Positions 11,566-23,271 of a stretch of DNA of 64,000 bases are shown here, one piece after another (the first letter of the stretch is position 1; every line of letters starts with the position of its first letter). Position numbers and translations under genes: made by a program. Under the pieces are notes generated by a model that saw only the letters and a list, made by a program, of their open reading frames with translations, ran no database searches and had not been told where the DNA came from. The DNA is from Calcarisporiella thermophila CBS 279.70. Its lineage: Eukaryota; Fungi; Calcarisporiellomycota. The stretch is taken from assembly GCF_041956535.1 (NCBI RefSeq), contig NW_027192199.1, positions 248,001-312,000 of the forward strand. Reading direction: 5' to 3'.

Positions 11566-11637
11566 GGGCGTTTGGTATAGTGGTATTACATCTGTTTCGC
11601 ATACAGAAGGCCCCGGGTTCAATTCCCGGAACGTCCA
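11566..11637 (+). tRNA. tRNA-Ala (anticodon CGC)
   Basis: Acceptor GGGCGTT/AACGTCC with G3:U70. Anticodon arm tctgt-ttCGCat-acaga, T-arm ccggg-ttcaatt-cccgg. T-run terminator from 11641. Confidence 0.97.
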
Positions 11638-11996
11638 AAGTTTTTTCAACTATTTCTTGGGTTCTTTTTATTATATTGGATAAAACCATTGGACATAGTT
11701 TGACTAACTAGAATGGTGAAATGACGTGCATATATTTTAATAAATCGTAAATACTGGGCATACCCTAAGCAATTGTGGGTGGGGAGCCTTTTTTATAGGG
11801 GGGAAATGGTTGAGAATGGCTTTGATGGCAAAAGATTTATTTTCCTATCCCACCCTGTAATGGCATAAATTAACAGTGTTCATTTGTATAGAGTAGTAAC
11901 TAAAATAAGATAATATACAGTGTAATAATGTACAGTGAGGGCGTGAAGAGGGAGGGGAAGAGGAGGGGAGGGGAGCTAGCGAGTGAGAATTCTGAG

Positions 11997-13713
11997 CTAA
12001 TCAAGTTGAACATCATTCTCGTTGAATATCTCTCCAATCAATTGCACAACCTCAAATGAGAAGGCAAGGCGACAGACTGGATGGGTTTTCAAGGCACATG
12101 AAATCGCTTTTAGCTGCCGTAGAGCCTCACGGCGCACCTTAAGATTTCGATGGTGGCGGAGGATCATTCGGTGGATACGGCACGCAAACATGACAGATAT
12201 CAGGGGTGTTGGGAGGCATTCTTTCATCATAGGGAGAGCCAAAGAAATCATACTCGAGGCACGGATGCATTCGACAATGGCAATGGAACGCAGGCTGTGC
12301 ATCAATGGCGTCTCGAGCCGGGCCGCAGGCAGATTTGAGGACTGAATGTTAAGAAATTGAAACCAAAGGCGTGCCCACGCACCCCACTGCGAGATCCCCA
12401 GACAGATGTCCATCTGCGAGGGCGATTTCTGGCGGAAGATATCGCCTTTCGAAAATCCCGGCAAAAATGGCTTGATGCAGGCAACTACTTCGACGACCGA
12501 CTTGAACAGCTTCTCATCCGGTAGCGAAAGATCGAGATCGGGACGGTTAATGAGGGCCGTATTCCAGACCACCATGCTAATTAGCGATTGCTAAGTATCG
12601 GGTGGTTGTTTGAAATTGGAATGAAAGCGGATAAGTGGTTTGCAAGGACATAAACGCCTAGGGTCGAGAAATCCACTTACCAAAGCTTCGTGCACATGCT
12701 TATTCTTCTTTTCGTGAGGCAGCTCCCGAGGGATGTAAGCATGGAGGTTGCTGGGCGGAATTATTGTCCGAGTCATCCCCTCGTACAGGACGAAAAAATT
12801 CTCGATACAATGCAGCGTCCACCTGTGATAGCACATGGAATCAACCCTCTGCCTAGAGGCGGTTAAGGATCTAAGAGCCCGGCACTCACCAGATTCGCCT
12901 TTTGCCCTCCCGCAGGATGGGATTAGTCTCGTTCGCGTTGTCCCAGTCAATACCAAGTAGCCGCGAAATCGTGATTGCGTGTGTAAGATAGGCGTATGCA
13001 TCCTTGGAATTGGGTGTGTCGCACAAGTGCATGCTCAAATTGAGGAATGTGAGTAGGGTTATCAAGGATGGCTCATCAAACACATCGCGAATTCGCTTCT
13101 CAGATTCCTCAAAACATCTTTTTGCGAGTAGCCGCAATTGATCGTCAAATGGCGCCTCCTTATGAAACTGGTGTACATGATGTGCGGCCCACGCAAGCGC
13201 AGAATAAAGGAAGGCGTGGTCCAGCTCATCGCGGAGAAAGCTCTCAAGCAGCCCAGCACTGTCGAAATGGTAATACGGGAGCAGACATTTGGGAGAAAGG
13301 TAAACCTGAAAGAGCTGGTAGGCTAAAGGGTGGCGCGTCATGGTGGTTTTGTTCCAGAGATCGGGCACAGGTGATCCATCCTTCGGGCGCTCGAGTGAAC
13401 TGAATCGATCAAAATCGATGCGTTTTATGATTCGAGGTAGACACTCGGAAGGATCGCGGAATTGGCTTGGGGAGAACTGCGAGGTATAGATCAGATAGTC
13501 GTGGAGGAGGCCCTGGAGATCGCTGAGGGTGCATAGGTTGATGCGAATGTGCAAACCATCGGCCACGCCATGCTGAGCGACACGGCGTTTGGAGACGGCC
13601 TTGTTCAACTCTTCGCTCGTGTCCTCGATGCTGTTGACCAGGTTGGTCACCTCCATCCACAGGAGGAACTTTTTGTTTTTTCTCAAGTCTCTCGCCACTA
13701 ATGCCCCGCTCAT
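11997..13713 (-). CDS. Fungal-specific transcription factor domain (Fungal_trans / middle homology domain) protein, no Zn2Cys6 cluster seen
   Basis: FLYSALAWAA, PSLITLLTFLNLS, AYAYLTHAITISRLLGID...REGKRRIW|WTLHCIE. Three exons. Confidence 0.78.
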
Positions 13714-14121
13714 TCTTGTATCAACAAAGTTCTACCCCTTCAGGCATCCTCGAAGCACTATTTAAGATTTCCCGCGGAGGCTGACTCTTCGGGACAAGGT
13801 GGATCACCAATGACCGTCCCACCCATGCTGCGGCCTCAGACCTCGCCATTTTTCCGGGGAATTTAGGCTTTCAGGAATCGGGGGACGGAAAACGATCATG
13901 CACGCCGGATGCTCGGAAATCTTATTTCAGCCTTTCCTAGACCCAAGTCTGTGGGGAGAAAGCATAATCCGTTCATTAGAAGTAACAAGATAAAGACAGA
14001 CGGGACTTTTTCAGACAACAAATAAAGAAAAAAGAAAGTGCGAGGAGATGTAATAGGCGGTATAAAAATAAATTCTAAATATAATTTTTAAAAATGTAGT
14101 TTCTATGGGTTATTGATGTGG

Positions 14122-17100
14122 TCACGTCAGGGTGGAGGTGCTATCCTTGCGTCCCAAGCCTGGTGCCTCCTCTTGCCCCCGCTCTCTCTCCCTCTCCCTC
14201 GCCGGCCTCCTCTCCGCATGGATGGAGTCGGTTTCATTCTGCCAGCCGGAATAATCGCTGCCGCTCGTTCGTTGCGCATACCCGTTCCCCCCGCCCGTGT
14301 TGGCCATGGCGCTCAACGACAGCGCGCTACCCGGAGAGTACATCCAACTCATGCGACCGGACGGGGTTGGAATGACGGGCCTCGAGGTGGGGAAGACGGG
14401 GTTGTTCATGGGGTGCCGGGGAGAGTAGTAGGAGGAGGTGCGAGGTCCCATGGTGTAATACACGCCGGCATTTTGCCCGGCGAACATCCGCGAGTGCCGG
14501 TCCCCCATCGAGTGGACCATCTCGTTTGCGCCATGGATCAGGGAGATTCGGTCGGGGGTCATGAGCCCGCCCGCGTCGTCGTCACCCAATCCAGCGGGGG
14601 AGGGCATGACACGCGGCAATTTTTTCAGTCCCCTCCGCTCCCGCTCCCACTCCTCCCACTTCCTCATCACGATCATGGAGGAGTCGAACTCGCCCTCCTT
14701 GGCGCCATGGTCGTCCTTTCCGCTGTCGCCCGCCACCTTGCGAGTCTGGCCCCACGAGAAGTCATCGAAATGCCAGTACGCGTACGTGGGGAGCACACAA
14801 TTCCAGATCGGCAGGGCAAGCAGATACACGACCATCCACCCGACGTACACAATCTTTCGCGTGGTGACCACGATCAGCACGGCCGGGAGCCCAAGAATCG
14901 CCGCCAGAAGCAGCAGCGGGATGATCTGCGGGGTGCCCAGAAACGAGGACACAATAAGCCACCCGGTGAAGCAGATGGCGGCGGGTAGCACCACCGTCCC
15001 CATCAGCTCGACAAAAACGGCAAATTGCATCGACAAACAAGCGATCCCGCACAGGTCCGACACAAGCACTAGCTCCATCAAATTGTGAATAGTGGAATTG
15101 ATCCACCGCCGACGCTGTGAGAGCAGCACGCCGAACGTGTCGGGAACCACCGTCTTACAAACCGCCTGCGGCACAAACATCATTTGCCGCTTGGGGAAGG
15201 TGCGAAGCATCAGCGTCGATAGAAAGCGATCCTCCCCCAGAAGCAGCAGGTTTTTCTCGTGTAGGGTGTTGACGACGTTCTGGTTGTACTCCAAAAGGAT
15301 GTCGGGGTTGGCGAGGATGGGAACCCACGCGCCGTTTTTGGGCGCTTTGATACGGTACATGCAAAAACAGCCCGGCAGACACGTCACACCGCCAAAAGTT
15401 GACTCGAACGCCTTGTGATAGTGGTGGTTTATATAATATTCGAACACCTGAATCATCGTCACCCCTAAAATAAAATTTTCCACCACCGCGGTTGCAATTA
15501 GTAAACCTAGCTCTTGAAAAGCAGACTCCAAAAAGAAAATTACATGATTGCTTCTTGTTTGCAATGCGCGTCTCTCCGCACAGCCCCATAATCGTCACAT
15601 CATTCACCATGGCAGACACCATGTGGGAAAGCGAGTCCGGAGCTACCTTGGTGTCGGCATCCACCATCAGCACCAGTTCGAATTTGTCAGGGGTTACTCC
15701 TTCCATCACCCACTGTATCTTCCAGAAGAGTTCGTAGTCAAGCTCGGTCAAGCGATCGTTGAAGAGCACACGCTGGAAGAACGACATAAGGATGACTTGC
15801 GAATCACGCTTCCCTCGGTTGCCGGGCTTGGGCTGAGACGCCTCCGCCGGTGTGCCACACTTGACCACTACGATGGTGGGGATCCATGCATTTGAATAGA
15901 CGTAATGGCCCGCATACTATTAATTCATAGCAATACATTTCCGTTAGACGAAAGAAAAAAACTGTGCGTTTGCATCGTTATGCCCCTACCACTTTGGCCA
16001 TGTTCAGCTGCCGCTCCCCGTCTGCAATGGCAATATAGGAACAAGACTTTGGGTCTTTCATCTCTTCCTCGAGAGTAAGCATGGACACGACCATATCGGG
16101 CGTTGACCGTTCGTTACCCGACCCTGTGATTAGTCCATCGCAAACGATGAAAAACATCTTATGCCGTTCCGAGTAGGTTGTCGCCGCCAAGGAGTCAAAT
16201 GTTGTACGCAGCCCGGCTTCTCCCTCCGAGTAACACGTCACCAGCATCACGGTGTACACATCGTCTTCGTCTCCATTCCCGATGGTCACCGCCTCGTTAC
16301 CCGTCTCGGCCGAGCTCAGCCCATAGTGTTTGTTCAATGCTGCCCTGCCCAGCATGGAGGAGGCCGATCCTGATCGATTCATGAACTCCCTCCTACTTGT
16401 CCTTGAGGCTCTCTGACGGCCGGAAGGCTTCACCAGCCTTAGTGAGATGCACCAGCGAAACACAAATGCCATGACGAAACGGACCACAATCAGTGCCACA
16501 ATCACGGCAAGCGAAACGTTCATGATGATGTTGGCGGCGAAGCATCCTATTGTATCACGCGAGAGCGTCCCAACCGCATACCGAGCTTGAATGCAACGCA
16601 TGGCCTCTTTGGAGTCCCAGTGGGAGGAGAACCGGGCCGTGGCGTCTTTGGAGAGACTGCTAAGGATAATGGAGTGGACGTCGGGTCCCATGTAGGGATC
16701 GTTGCGCATAATGTAGCTTGTCATATTCATGACTAATAATAGAAGATTAAGGTTAAGTGTCAGGGGCATCAAGCATAAAGGCTAAAACGCCTACTGTTGT
16801 TGTTGAGCACGATCAGCGCGGGCTCAGGTTCCACATTGTTCGGTCTCAGATTCGTCCACTCAAAATAAAGGGACCCTAGTGGCTTCAAACTTCCCGAGGA
16901 GCTCGTCAGCATCCACAGGGGGATGCACTCGCCACTCGGCTGCTGGACCCATCCCCCATACGGGCTGTACACGATACAGTTTCGGTCCAGCGGCGGGGCG
17001 ATTTTCTGGTTTCTATCGAACTTTGCACACGCGCCTTTCGTGCCGTCGAACAACCCCGAGAGATCCACGCCCTTGTAGTCGTTCACCAGATCTATCTCGA

Positions 17101-17959
17101 ACTGGGCAAGGAAATTGCGCATATCCTCAAACCCGTAGAGCTCGCCATACACCGTCACATTTTCTCTCCACACCTTGTATAGCGAGCCGTCGGGCATTTG
17201 CTGCGTGTACGAGTAGGAGACTCGCTGCTGCGGACATAGGGCGGGTTGCAGCGCGAATGTCAGGAAGCCGAGCAGCCCACAGAAGAAGAGAATGATGATA
17301 CAGAGCGTTACCTAGAGCAAGGGGCAAGAAGCAGGCCGAGGTTAATTAGGGTTCAAATCTTACATGGATAAGGTTCCCAATCCAATGGGGGCTACCTTCT
17401 CCCGCCAAGCTTGTTGCATCAGAGGGTCCTTCTTTCCACACCATTTCAGCAAAATCCCAGGAACACAGCACGTCACTGCCCACGAAAGCCAGGTCCATGG
17501 CTTGAACTTGCACCCGCCGCCGCCATCGTCGCCCCCCCCCACCATAGGCTGCTTTGCGGGCGCGGCAGGCGACTTATACGGCGGCCCTGGTGAGTGGACA
17601 TTTTCCCCGAGCATAGGAACGCGTGCCCGTTGCCTTTCGGGGCGGGTCAGGGATCGGTGTCTTTGGATGTGGGTAGCGGCGGCAGCAGATGTTTGCCTTG
17701 CCGCTGGTCGCTGAGGATTTGCAGCCGATCTATTAAATTGGACATGCTGGGAACGACTCTGGTGATGATTGGAAGGGATGGATTGGCGGTAGCGGGTAGG
17801 TAAACTTCGATGATCCTCATATGCACGTCGCTGGAAGGGTTCTGCGGGGTTAGCCTGGGCGCGCGGGTGACGCGAGGTGTGTCGAGGGTGTAGCTGTGGT
17901 TGTGGTGGGGGTATGACACCTCGACGCAGGCCAGAGTCCCGGTAGGGCGAATAACTCAT
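14122..17959 (-). CDS. Chitin synthase, division 2 class IV (Chs3-like)
   Basis: [77 protein letters not shown]. No myosin motor domain. Confidence 0.95.
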
Positions 17960-18529
17960 TTAGTTAATTTATATTCTATGATGGCTGCCCTTCTTTCTTT
18001 GGTGAGTCTGGTTAAGGGCAAAAGCAATGGCAATGGCTAGGAAACTCTATTTTATACAATGGCAATAGCGACGTCGATGTTATAGGCGAAGACGATGGGG
18101 ATCAAATGAGGAGCTAGTGCATTAAGAAGAGAGAGTAAATGGACATACAAGCGAGCACGAAAGGATAGATTAAATCTCCTTAAAGGATGATTTCCATTAG
18201 AACTTGGTTGAAAAAAAATAGCAAGGAGGCACATGCAAGGAAAAGGGGGAATACGAGATCGGCGCGAATAAAAAAAAAGCACCGAATGAAAAAATGGCTT
18301 AATCGAGCAGGTGGAGATCAGAGCTGGCTCAATTTTGAGCACGGAATTGTGCCGTGTGATATTGAAATCAATGGAATTGGAGAATTCTAATTGCTCCTAA
18401 CCTATTTGAACACCCAAACACCCTGTGAAAATTCTCAATCTTTCTTCCCTAGCCAATCAAGTCAAAGCCTAAGTTTATCTGTATCAACATAGCTGCATAT
18501 ATATAGATCAAAATCAAGGAGAAAAACAC

Positions 18530-19576
18530 TTATAAATCCGTCATCTTGAGCTCGAGCGGATGTTTGGGTGGCTTGACTCCTTGGCGGGCAAGCAAATCCA
18601 CCAGCATGTGCTCCATTCTCCGGATCTGCACCATTAGGGCAAAAATTAGAGATTCATCACTAGAATGAACAATCATCAAATAGGCGCCCACCCACCTTGA
18701 CTGCAACCGGGTTATCCCCTTTCTCGGATACAAGGTCTCTGGTAAGTATCGTGAATCCCCCTAGCCTATTACCGAACACCACATCGGTCAGGATACGATC
18801 GCCAATCACGACCGTACGGTGTGGATTGAACTCATCACTAAGAGGAGTGGTGGACCGGAGATGAGCTAGGAGCTCATCAATACATCCAGGTTTCTATAGA
18901 GGAGGAATGGCACAAGATTATCGTATCGAGTCAAAATGAAAGAAAAACTGCAGACAATAATTACCTTGCTCTTATGACGAAGGACCGGAACACCTATGTA
19001 AAATAAAAAACGCTCATTATGGGCCTACAATTAGCTTGTTGTATAAGAAATTACCTAATGATTGCTCAATAGCATGAGCCTGTAAAATAAAAATATATCA
19101 GTATATTAACCACCGAGCATGGAAGATGAAATCGCATACCTGCTTATCTCCTACATCATCTAAAGTTCCCGCAGAATTTGAAACGACGACGATATTTTCT
19201 CCAAAAAGTTGTTTGCAGTTCTCCCACGCTTCCTATTAAATGAATAGCATCGTTTAGAGACCATAAAAAAATGCTCTCGACAGCGAACATGAAAATTTTT
19301 ATTTCATTTACTCTGAAGGGGGGATGTAATTCAGTCTCGTAAGGCGCAGTGAGGCAATTGTCTTTATCAATGGCCACTGCGCGGAAACCAGATTCGTACA
19401 AATCCTTAAAATTGATATAGCGGAAATCTTCGAGCGTGGATGGTTAGGAGTGCTTTGATCCAAGGGTTAAATCAGTTTTTCTTACCCGGCACAATCACAT
19501 GCGGCACTACGGCACGCGGATGCCATACGAGCTTAAGAGTGTGCGCAATTCCCTGTAAATTAACACTCTGCACCAT
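18530..19576 (-). CDS. GEP4: Mitochondrial phosphatidylglycerophosphatase (HAD IIIA / YqeG family)
   Basis: MVQSVNLQGI..., GFRAVAIDKDNCLTAPY, IVVVSNSAG, VVIGDRILTDVVFGNRLG. Many short exons. Confidence 0.9.
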
Positions 19577-19761
19577 GGTCAATCTTGTTCGCTTCAAGTG
19601 GTGGCAACTTCTGTTTTTCTCACGAAAGTCCACGAAACAACAACGGAGAGAAATCTGAAAGAGGTGCTTAAATTAAATACTGAAAATTAGGAGACGAATA
19701 AAACAATAAATAGTTTTTTCATCCATCTTGGTATCCAAACATTGAAAATAATATTAAAATA

Positions 19762-21489
19762 TTAATGATAGGGCTCTTGCGCCTCCCCCTCTAGTCTAAG
19801 CATGTCTTTCAGTTCTCTCAGCCGGCTCATTAAATCCTCACGTTCCTGAGGAGAGGGAGCATTTGCTGGAAGTCTTTTGACTCTCGTTTCAATACACGCA
19901 ATACCTATGTCCTCATCCCCAGCGAGTTCCGCTTCCCGCGCATCCATTGCGAGCTGAAGCTTAAGCCCTTGGGGTAAAGGTTTTCTCGCGTAGGTCGACA
20001 CTATATCGATGTAAACCCGATGGGATTCCATATCGCGTTGCATATCTGGCTCAGCCTCGTCGTATTCTTCGGTGGATATATTCATCACTTGGCTGAGGTA
20101 GGGCCGCAGGGATCGAAAGAGCTGAACCCAATTATCGCGGCCAAGTTCCCCAATCCGCCCTGCAAACTTACCTAGGGGAAAAGGCATTGTAAGCGATTGA
20201 ACGTCCTCGAGGCCAAGCTGATCAAAATGGCTGCGAATATCGCGAGCCCAACTAGGCTCAATCTCACGCGCACGCATAGAGTTCACCACTAAGTAAGAAG
20301 GCGAGAGGGTGAGAATTTTATCCACCCGCATGGTGAGGAAGTAAGAATAACTAACATCCACGGGAAATCTTTCTAAAGGCTACTCCGCCCCTTTTGAGGT
20401 CATAATCTATGTAGTCAAAAACGCCATCAACCATCTGCTCCTCCCACGCAGCCAACTGGTACAAACTCACCCGCCTCTACAATCTCCAAGTATCCACCGG
20501 GTTTGAGCACTCTTAAGAGCTCCTGGATCACGCCCGGCCACTCACTCTTTACTAGCCCAAAATGTACGCACCGCTGAAACACATAATCAAATGTCTCGTC
20601 AGCAAATGGGAGACCCTTTATCAGATTGGCGAGCTGAAAGCGGCAGTTTCCAGGCACAATCTGATGAGGGAATACGGGGCTGACATCGATGCCAATGAAA
20701 TGGCTCTTGGGGAAATCAGTAGCCATGTCCATAGTCCAAGTGCCAGGGCCGCACCTAACCGAGCGTCCAAATCAGATAAACCGCCAGAAAACACAAAACC
20801 GGGATGAATCAGGCACCTACCCGGCATCGAGCACCATGGCTCCGTTGACCAAAGTGTCTTTAACCGGTGCAAGAAAATTGTACCCCGCATGTAGCGAACT
20901 ATTAAAACAGCACATTAGCCAAGATTGGATCAGCTCAGGTTCAGTAATAACCGCACCGAAAGCCGTAATGGCGCATAATCAGTCTGTCTAACTCTTCGTA
21001 GTCATTTGGGAGCAGATAATGAACCTCTAAAATACATGCATATACGCTTGGAGTGAGGCTATCCAGATAATTGCAAAGACATTTTACCTTTGTCATCGTG
21101 AAACCGCCTTCCGTCTACCCACTTGAACCGAATCTCCTCATACTGAGAACCATGATCACTGTATTCTGAAGAAGCTTTTCTGGACCTCCCTATCACGAAC
21201 ATGTGCTATTAGCACCTAATTTCGCAGTGGTCATGGGATGGTTTGGGTCATCCATGCCCTCACCTATTTCCTCTTCCGAATCTCTTGAAACCTCGAGTTG
21301 CCATGGTGACAAGGGCGGATTCTCTTCAATAGTATCCAGGCCCGCGGTAGACTTTTTGCCCTTACGCTGCTCAACGCCTTCCGTGGACGAGGTCCCTGAA
21401 TCTGTCTCATCCTCATGCTGTTTGTGGCCTTGCCACCATTCGGTTTTGAGCCTGGGTGGCTTCTTAAGTGTCGATTTCACGTTTCCCAT
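19762..21489 (-). CDS. Class I SAM-dependent methyltransferase (LaeA-like / Methyltransf_23-25), paralog 1
   Basis: VLDAG|CGPGTWTMDMATDFPKSHFIGIDVS, GLPFADETFDYVFQR, RVLKPGGYLEIVE. Starts MGNVKS. Confidence 0.88.
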
Positions 21490-21884
21490 TTGGATAAATG
21501 GGGTGGGAGAATATGCATTGGCTTGTTTATAAAGCAAGCAATGTAGCTAATGGTTTTACTTGAAAAACCAGCACGGTTGGCGCCCTTTAAACGGGGATAG
21601 AGTTTTGCTAAACATAGGGTTTTGAATAGCCTTGTTTCAAATTGCCTGCTTGCAGCCAAACTATTCACCAATGGCCGGGAACCTCGAGAAAGCATTGGGT
21701 GTATTACGAGAGAATAAAGGAGGTGTAAAAATTGCGAAAATGTACAGTTGAGGGAAAAGAATAAACATGATATATACACTAGCCAAGACATATCACACAG
21801 ACACACACACAAATATAACATATATATGTAATAAATATCAATGTATATGAGAGATATACCCAACCGTTGGTTTCATTAAGTATC

Positions 21885-23271
21885 CTAAAAGGGGTTTTCT
21901 TTGCTCGTCTTACGCAACAATGAGGTAACTCTTTTTTTGGCATGGCGCTTGAATTTCTTATCTACATTGCCTAAATGTTCCAGCTTCTCCAGCCGTTTCT
22001 TCTCCTCCAGCCCACTGTCAGAAAGGCTAGCTTCCAGTGGCTTGTCTTCGGCATTCTGCGCGACGCACACGTGAATATTGTAGAATGTCTTGTACTCGTC
22101 GAACTCGCGCATGCATTCCTCCATTAGCATGTCAATCTCCTTATCCGTATAGGCGTCTCCCTGGGTGATGCGACGAGTGGCGCGCAGTACTTTCTCAAAG
22201 TCCCATCGGGCCATCTCGCCACAGCGACCGCCCCACCTGCCGATGGGTAGGCTGAGGTAGTAGCCATCGCCTTCGACGCTTCTGAATCCAGCCTTTTGGA
22301 CGAATGCGACGATCTTGCGCCCAATGGTCGGGTCAATGTCGAATTCTTGGACACAGCTCATCACTAGAATAATTCAGAGAAAGAAAATCTCAATTTAGGG
22401 CTCCCAAGTGATCCACGAGAAAACCTCCCGCTATCTTACCTTGGTCGTTCAAAAAGGCGCTCGTGGGACCACGGCGTTTCAACTCAAGATCGTGCTCGAG
22501 CCACTCCAAATAGCCACCCGGTTTCAAGATTCTCTTCAGCTCGCTCAACATCCACATCCATCGCTCCGTGGATAAGACCATTCCAAGGATTCGCATGTGA
22601 ATATAGTCAAATGTGTTGTCGGCAAAAGGAAGAGGGCCTGAGAGGCTGATCTGGCGGAAAGAACAATTCGGAGGCAGGAGGCCATGTGTGGACGTCTGCG
22701 AAATGATCGAGGAGACCTCGAAGCCTGTAAAAGTGGAGTTACGATATTCGGTGGCCATCTCAACCACCCAGGTGCCCGGTCCACACCCTGCGTCGAGAAC
22801 TTGAATACCTTTCTCGAGCTGCTCCTTGATGGGAGCGCTAAAATTACTGTAGTAACAAGAGCACAGTTGAGTTAAGAGCTGGAAAGCCAGCACGCCGTAT
22901 TATTCAATCTAAATACCTTTGGAACATGTTCCTGAACATGTAATGGCGGAGGCGAAGTCTATCGAACTCCTCCTCGTCCTGGGGGATGATGTATTTAATG
23001 CCTATTGCGTACAAGTTCAGTATCAGTCCACCCTCGCTCCCTCAAGAGCCTTGAGTGCATTCACCCAGATCTTACCTCCCAATTCCATCAGTTGATCTCC
23101 GAACCTTTCGTCCTCGCTGTACTCAGTATCTTCGCTAGTGTTTGAGGATCTACGGCGTACAGCTTTTAGTAGGGGGCGTGACTTAACACGTAGCTTGGGT
23201 TCCTCCTGCATTGCTGGCGAAATCCGATCGCACGCATCAAAATCCGACGGAATAGATTTTACAATCCCCAT
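21885..23271 (-). CDS. Class I SAM-dependent methyltransferase (LaeA-like), paralog 2, tandem with paralog 1
   Basis: VLDAGCGPGTWVVEMATEY, LPFADNTFDYIHMR, RILKPGGYLEWLE, LPIGRWGG. Starts MGIVKS. Confidence 0.88.

Noticed and set aside
14113-14988. 291-aa plus-strand ORF and similar antisense ORFs over chitin synthase, Nup192, RPO41, the histidine kinase, ALG12 and the Tyr-rich gene (35928-36614 minus)
   Set aside because: Shadow ORFs on the opposite strand of well-supported, codon-biased genes.
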